Shown: one piece after another, positions 31,127-34,622 of the stretch
Position numbering within the stretch: position 1 is the first letter of the stretch
Layout of the letters: every line of letters starts with the position of its first letter
Assembly: GCA_043719045.1 (NCBI GenBank)
Contig: JAYSUN010000433.1
Location: forward strand, 1-34,622
DNA: 34,622 bases
Reading direction: 5' to 3'
DNA from: Hyphomicrobiaceae bacterium
Lineage (GTDB): Bacteria > Pseudomonadota > Alphaproteobacteria > Rhizobiales > Hyphomicrobiaceae
The notes under the pieces: model-generated
What the model was told of the DNA's origin: nothing
Seen by the model: only the letters and a program-made list of their open reading frames with translations
The model's database searches: none
Made by a program: the position numbers and the translations under genes

Positions 31127-32160
31127 CCGGCTCCGCAACATCAAGTTCGTCAGCTCCATTGCTCGAGGTCGTCGACCTCGCGAAACTATTTCCGCTCAAG
31201 TCCGGAATTTTGGGCCGCAGCGAATCTCTAGTCCGGGCCGTCGACGGTGTGTCGTTTGCAGTCACGGAAGGTGAAACGCTGGGCATCGTCGGTGAATCCG
31301 GTTGCGGTAAATCAACGACGGCCCGGCTCCTCATGCAGCTGATCGCGCCGACCAGTGGCGCTATCCGTTTTCGCGGGCTGACCGTCGGCACCACCGAAAT
31401 GCCACTGAAGGAATTTCGCCGCCAGGTGCAGATGGTGTTTCAGGACAGCTACGCGTCGCTCAATCCGAGGCTCACCGTCGAAGCCTCGATCAGCTTTGCA
31501 CCAACCGTGCATGGTGTCAGCCGAGACGAAGCCACGCGTCGCGCCCGCGCCTTGTTGGATCGCGTCGGCCTTGACCCCGTGCGTTTCGCCGGCCGCTATC
31601 CGCACGAGCTGTCCGGCGGTCAGCGCCAACGCGTCAACATCGCCCGCGCACTGGCAGTGCAGCCACGTGTGCTGATTCTCGATGAAGCCGTTTCCGCGCT
31701 CGACAAGTCGGTCGAGGCGCAAGTGCTCAATCTTCTGCTCGACTTGAAAGAGGAAATGGGTCTGACGTATCTGTTCATCAGCCACGACCTTGAAGTCGTC
31801 CGCTTTATGTCACAACGCGTGCTCGTCATGTATCTCGGCAAAGTTGCCGAAGTCGGCCCGACCGAAGCCCTCTACACCGGCAGCCGTCACCCGTACACGA
31901 CAGCGTTGCTTGGCTCGCTGTTATCGATGGACCCCGACAACCGCCGCACTGCAGCACCCCTCGCCGGAGATCCTCCGAACCCAATTGATCCACCAAGCGG
32001 CTGCCGGTTCCATACCCGCTGCAGTTTTGCCGAGGCCATCTGCAGCGCACGGCAGCCAGCACTTGCACACATCGATGGCGGCCATATCGCTGCGTGCCAT
32101 ATGGCGGATTTAGCCTCGGGTCATACCAAGGCGCAGACGGCTCGAGAGGTGGCCGCATGA
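31123..32160 (+). CDS. Peptide ABC transporter ATP-binding protein (DppF/OppF type)
   Basis: Walker A GESGCGKST, signature LSGGQRQR and Walker B LILDEAVSALD. A GTGA overlap couples it to the permease gene. Confidence 0.9.
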   Translation: MTGSATSSSSAPLLEVVDLAKLFPLKSGILGRSESLVRAVDGVSFAVTEGETLGIVGESGCGKSTTARLLMQLIAPTSGAIRFRGLTVGTTEMPLKEFRRQVQMVFQDSYASLNPRLTVEASISFAPTVHGVSRDEATRRARALLDRVGLDPVRFAGRYPHELSGGQRQRVNIARALAVQPRVLILDEAVSALDKSVEAQVLNLLLDLKEEMGLTYLFISHDLEVVRFMSQRVLVMYLGKVAEVGPTEALYTGSRHPYTTALLGSLLSMDPDNRRTAAPLAGDPPNPIDPPSGCRFHTRCSFAEAICSARQPALAHIDGGHIAACHMADLASGHTKAQTAREVAA

Positions 32161-33140
32161 CCGCGCCGGTTGACGATATTGTCCTGCAGATCGACCAATT
32201 GAGCGTCACTTTTTTGGGCGGGCCCAAACCGGTCCGCGCGGTCGATGCCGTTGATCTGTACGTGCGCCGTGGCGAGGTTGTCGCGTTGCTGGGCGAGTCC
32301 GGCTCTGGCAAAAGTGTCACGCTGCGCTCCATCCTGCGGTTGCACAACGAAGCCAAAACCACGATCACCGGCCGCATCAGCGTCGACGGCACCGACATCA
32401 TGACCTTGCACGGCGACACGCTCTCCGACTTCCGCGGCAAGACCGTCTCAATGATATTTCAAGAACCGATGCTGGCACTAGATCCCGTCTATACCGTCGG
32501 TCAACAGATCATCGAAGCGATCCGCCGTCACGAAAGCATCACGGCCGCAGATGCTCGTGCCCGTGCGTTGCAGCTGTTCGAACGTGTCCGCATTCCGAGC
32601 CCCGACCGGCGCCTCGAAGCCTATCCACATGAAATGTCCGGCGGCATGCGTCAGCGCGCGATGATCGCGCTGTCGTTGGCGTGCAATCCAAAAGTCTTGT
32701 TGGCAGATGAGCCGACGACGGCACTGGATGCGACCGTTCAAGTCCAGATTCTCTTGCTGCTGCGCGAATTGCAACGTGAGCTGGGCCTGTCGATGATCTT
32801 CGTTACCCACGACATCGGCGTGGCCGTTGAGGTCGCCGATCGCGTCGCGGTCATGTATGCTGGCCGCATTGTTGAGCTTGGCCCGGTCCGCGATGTGCTG
32901 CGGACACCGCGTCATCCCTATACGATCGGCCTGCTATCGACGCGCGCTCACGGCGGTAAACTGCAAGGCAATCGCTTGCCAACCATCCCAGGCAGCCCAC
33001 CTGACCTGGCCAACCTGCCACCCGGTTGCGCCTTCGCGCCACGTTGCAACCAGGCCACCGATGCATGCCGGCACCAACAACCTGATGCGGTCAGGTTAAG
33101 CCACGCCCATAGCGTCCGCTGCGTGATGGCGGCGCCTTGA
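32157..33140 (+). CDS. Peptide ABC transporter ATP-binding protein (DppD/OppD type)
   Basis: Start at MTAPVDDIVLQI, with an ATGA overlap. Walker A GESGSGKS, signature MSGGMRQR and Walker B LLADEPTTALD. Confidence 0.9.
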   Translation: MTAPVDDIVLQIDQLSVTFLGGPKPVRAVDAVDLYVRRGEVVALLGESGSGKSVTLRSILRLHNEAKTTITGRISVDGTDIMTLHGDTLSDFRGKTVSMIFQEPMLALDPVYTVGQQIIEAIRRHESITAADARARALQLFERVRIPSPDRRLEAYPHEMSGGMRQRAMIALSLACNPKVLLADEPTTALDATVQVQILLLLRELQRELGLSMIFVTHDIGVAVEVADRVAVMYAGRIVELGPVRDVLRTPRHPYTIGLLSTRAHGGKLQGNRLPTIPGSPPDLANLPPGCAFAPRCNQATDACRHQQPDAVRLSHAHSVRCVMAAP

Positions 33141-33339
33141 GGGGTGGGCGATCGTTGCGCGGCTTCAAGCGGACTGTCGCCGATCATGTAGACATCGCCT
33201 ACCGCGTCACGCTCGAACACGGCCTTCAGCTTGAGCGACAAAGGGAAGCGACGGATCGTGCTATGATTTGGTCTCGCCATTTTTTGGGTTGAGCTTGCGG
33301 CCGCGACGCGGCATGGATGCACCACTGAAGGAGCCGCCG

Positions 33340-34323
33340 ATGCCCGTCCCCCAATCCGTTTTCGATCCACCCTTCAATATCGTCCGTGCCAGCCACGCCG
33401 TGCTAGCTGTAACGGATCTGGCGCGCAGTCGTGCCTTTTATGAAGGTGCCCTCGGCCTGCATGTTGAGGACGCGACGCACGACACGCTTTTCCTGCGTGG
33501 ATTGGAAGAGCGCCAACACCACTCATTGGTTCTAACCAAAGCCCCGAAAGCCGCAGCCAGAGCCATCGCCTGCAAAGTCGCGAGTGAAATGGATCTGGAC
33601 AAGGCCATGGCTTTTGCCAAGCGCTCGGGCCTGCAACACGCCTTGATCGAGCAACCATTTCAGGGGCGCACGTTGCGCGTCACGGACCCGTTCGGCATGC
33701 CCATCGATTTTTACTACAAAATGGAACAGCGCGAACGGTTGTTGCAAAGCTACGGTCATTACAAAGGCGTGCACCCACAGCGCCTCGATCACTTCAATAT
33801 GTTTGCGCCCGACGTCCAGGGTGCGATCGATTTTTATACGTCACTCGGGTTCCGGCTCACCGAGTACGCGGAAGAGGACGGCCTGAATGGCCGCATCGCC
33901 GCGGGATGGATGCAACGGAAGGGCAATGTCCACGACGTCGCCTTTACGAACGGCAACGGTCCGCGCTTGCATCATGTCGCCTATTGGGTACCGACTGCGA
34001 TGCATATCATCCACCTCTGCGATGTCATGGCGACCACCGGTTATCTGACCAACCTGGAACGCGGCCCCGGCCGGCACGGCATTTCGAACGCCTTTTTCCT
34101 GTATGTCCGCTGCCCCGACGGCCACCGCGTCGAAATCTATACCAGCGATTATCAGACCATGGATCCCGACCACGAGCCGATCCGCTGGAGCTTACGTGAT
34201 CCGCGCCGTCAGACCTTTTGGGGCATGCCGGCGCCGAAATCCTGGTTCGAGGAAGGCACGCCTTTCGAAGATACACCCGTGCGCGATGCACTGTTCAAAG
34301 CGCAAGTGATCGTCGCGGACTGA
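33340..34323 (+). CDS. hpaD: 3,4-dihydroxyphenylacetate (homoprotocatechuate) 2,3-dioxygenase, type I extradiol (HPCD/MndD type)
   Basis: From memory it aligns along its whole length with Brevibacterium HPCD (RLDHFN, WM.RK..VHD.A.T.GNGPR.HH.A, ERGPGRHG.SNAF.LY...PDGHR.EIYT.DY). Start chosen at MPVPQS, which has GAAGGAG 6 nt upstream. The alternative ATG is 33313. Confidence 0.85.
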   Translation: MPVPQSVFDPPFNIVRASHAVLAVTDLARSRAFYEGALGLHVEDATHDTLFLRGLEERQHHSLVLTKAPKAAARAIACKVASEMDLDKAMAFAKRSGLQHALIEQPFQGRTLRVTDPFGMPIDFYYKMEQRERLLQSYGHYKGVHPQRLDHFNMFAPDVQGAIDFYTSLGFRLTEYAEEDGLNGRIAAGWMQRKGNVHDVAFTNGNGPRLHHVAYWVPTAMHIIHLCDVMATTGYLTNLERGPGRHGISNAFFLYVRCPDGHRVEIYTSDYQTMDPDHEPIRWSLRDPRRQTFWGMPAPKSWFEEGTPFEDTPVRDALFKAQVIVAD

Positions 34324-34334
34324 AGGATATCGTT

Positions 34335-34622
34335 GTGAGCGCCATCGCCGGACATGAAGCCGATAGCTTCCGGATCCTCTCCGGACGGGCCGATGCCGGC
34401 TTGATCATTTTGTGCGACCACGCCAACAACGCATTCCCACCGGGTTACGGCACCCTTGGCCTACCCGCCGAGCAACTGAAACGCCACATTGCTTATGACA
34501 TCGGTGCCGCATCGATCACCGAACAGTTGAGCCGGAATTTAGGCGTCCCAGCCGTGTTGACGCGGTTCTCGCGGCTGTTGATCGATCCCAATCGTGGCGC
34601 CGATGATCCGACAATGATCATG
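34335..34622 (+). CDS. N-formylglutamate amidohydrolase family protein (5' partial, runs off the window)
   Basis: This ORF is not in the track because no stop lies inside the window. My translation from GTG 34335 is VSAIAGHEADSFRILSGRADAGLIILCDHANNAFPPGYGTLGLPAEQLKRHIAYDIGAASITEQLSRNLGVPAVLTRFSRLLIDPNRGADDPTMIM. The CDHA.N..P, HIAYDIG and FSRLLIDPNR motifs fit the FGase family. Confidence 0.7.
   Translation, partial: MSAIAGHEADSFRILSGRADAGLIILCDHANNAFPPGYGTLGLPAEQLKRHIAYDIGAASITEQLSRNLGVPAVLTRFSRLLIDPNRGADDPTMIM

Noticed and set aside
33141-33280. Minus-strand fragment MARPNHSTIRRFPLSLKLKAVFERDAVGDVYMIGDSPLEAAQ..., which resembles the C-terminal motif region of HAD hydrolases (..IGDS..).
   Set aside because: Only about 46 codons lie outside the ABC ATPase gene, and the rest of the ORF (32948..33370) overlaps real genes. 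The similarity rests on one short motif. I cannot support it as a gene or a pseudogene without a database search.
1-34622. Scan for CRISPR arrays, tRNA/rRNA genes and riboswitch-like leaders.
   Set aside because: I saw no regularly spaced direct repeats, no cloverleaf-compatible segments and no recognisable conserved riboswitch cores. This was by eye only, so covariance-model searches (tRNAscan-SE, Infernal/Rfam) should confirm it.

Overview
High-GC window with alphaproteobacterial gene content; the Hyphomicrobiales/Bradyrhizobiaceae-like placement is an inference from protein similarity. No rRNA, tRNA or CRISPR array was seen.

**1-6.7 kb, mostly core genes.** These are a DUF721/DciA-like gene, ispE, matB, a DUF2281-type antitoxin plus PIN (VapC) toxin pair beside an HxlR-family gene remnant, a PagL-like lipid A deacylase, and tatA-tatB-tatC.

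**6.8-16.2 kb, accessory-looking.**
- It opens with a tandem duplicated 163-bp element built from two long hairpins.
- A gene-poor, AT-richer spacer follows, carrying a possible recombinase-HTH scar.
- Next comes a tightly packed five-gene same-strand operon: two paralogous lipoproteins of no family I recognise, a trypsin-like S1 protease with a long pro-region, and two caspase-like (C14) proteins.
- The two C14 proteins carry three caspase domains between them. All five products have export signals.
- A degraded IS110 transposase remnant ends the segment.
- This exported multi-protease plus lipoprotein operon is my main candidate for an undescribed system.

**16.2-33.1 kb, two Dpp/Opp-type ABC importer operons.**
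- The minus-strand operon sits behind an RpiR/SIS regulator and ends in an M81/MlrC-like peptidase.
- The plus-strand operon sits behind a DAO-type flavoenzyme and a PEP-mutase/isocitrate-lyase-fold enzyme.
- The plus-strand operon has an unexpected two-gene cassette of low GC3 between its two permease genes. ATGA overlaps link the two cassette genes to each other and the second one to the downstream permease gene. This is my second candidate.

**Right end.** Homoprotocatechuate 2,3-dioxygenase (hpaD-like) and a 5' partial N-formylglutamate amidohydrolase-family gene.

Starts were refined by hand from the ORF track using RBS, neighbouring-gene overlap and signal-peptide logic. They are not experimentally supported.
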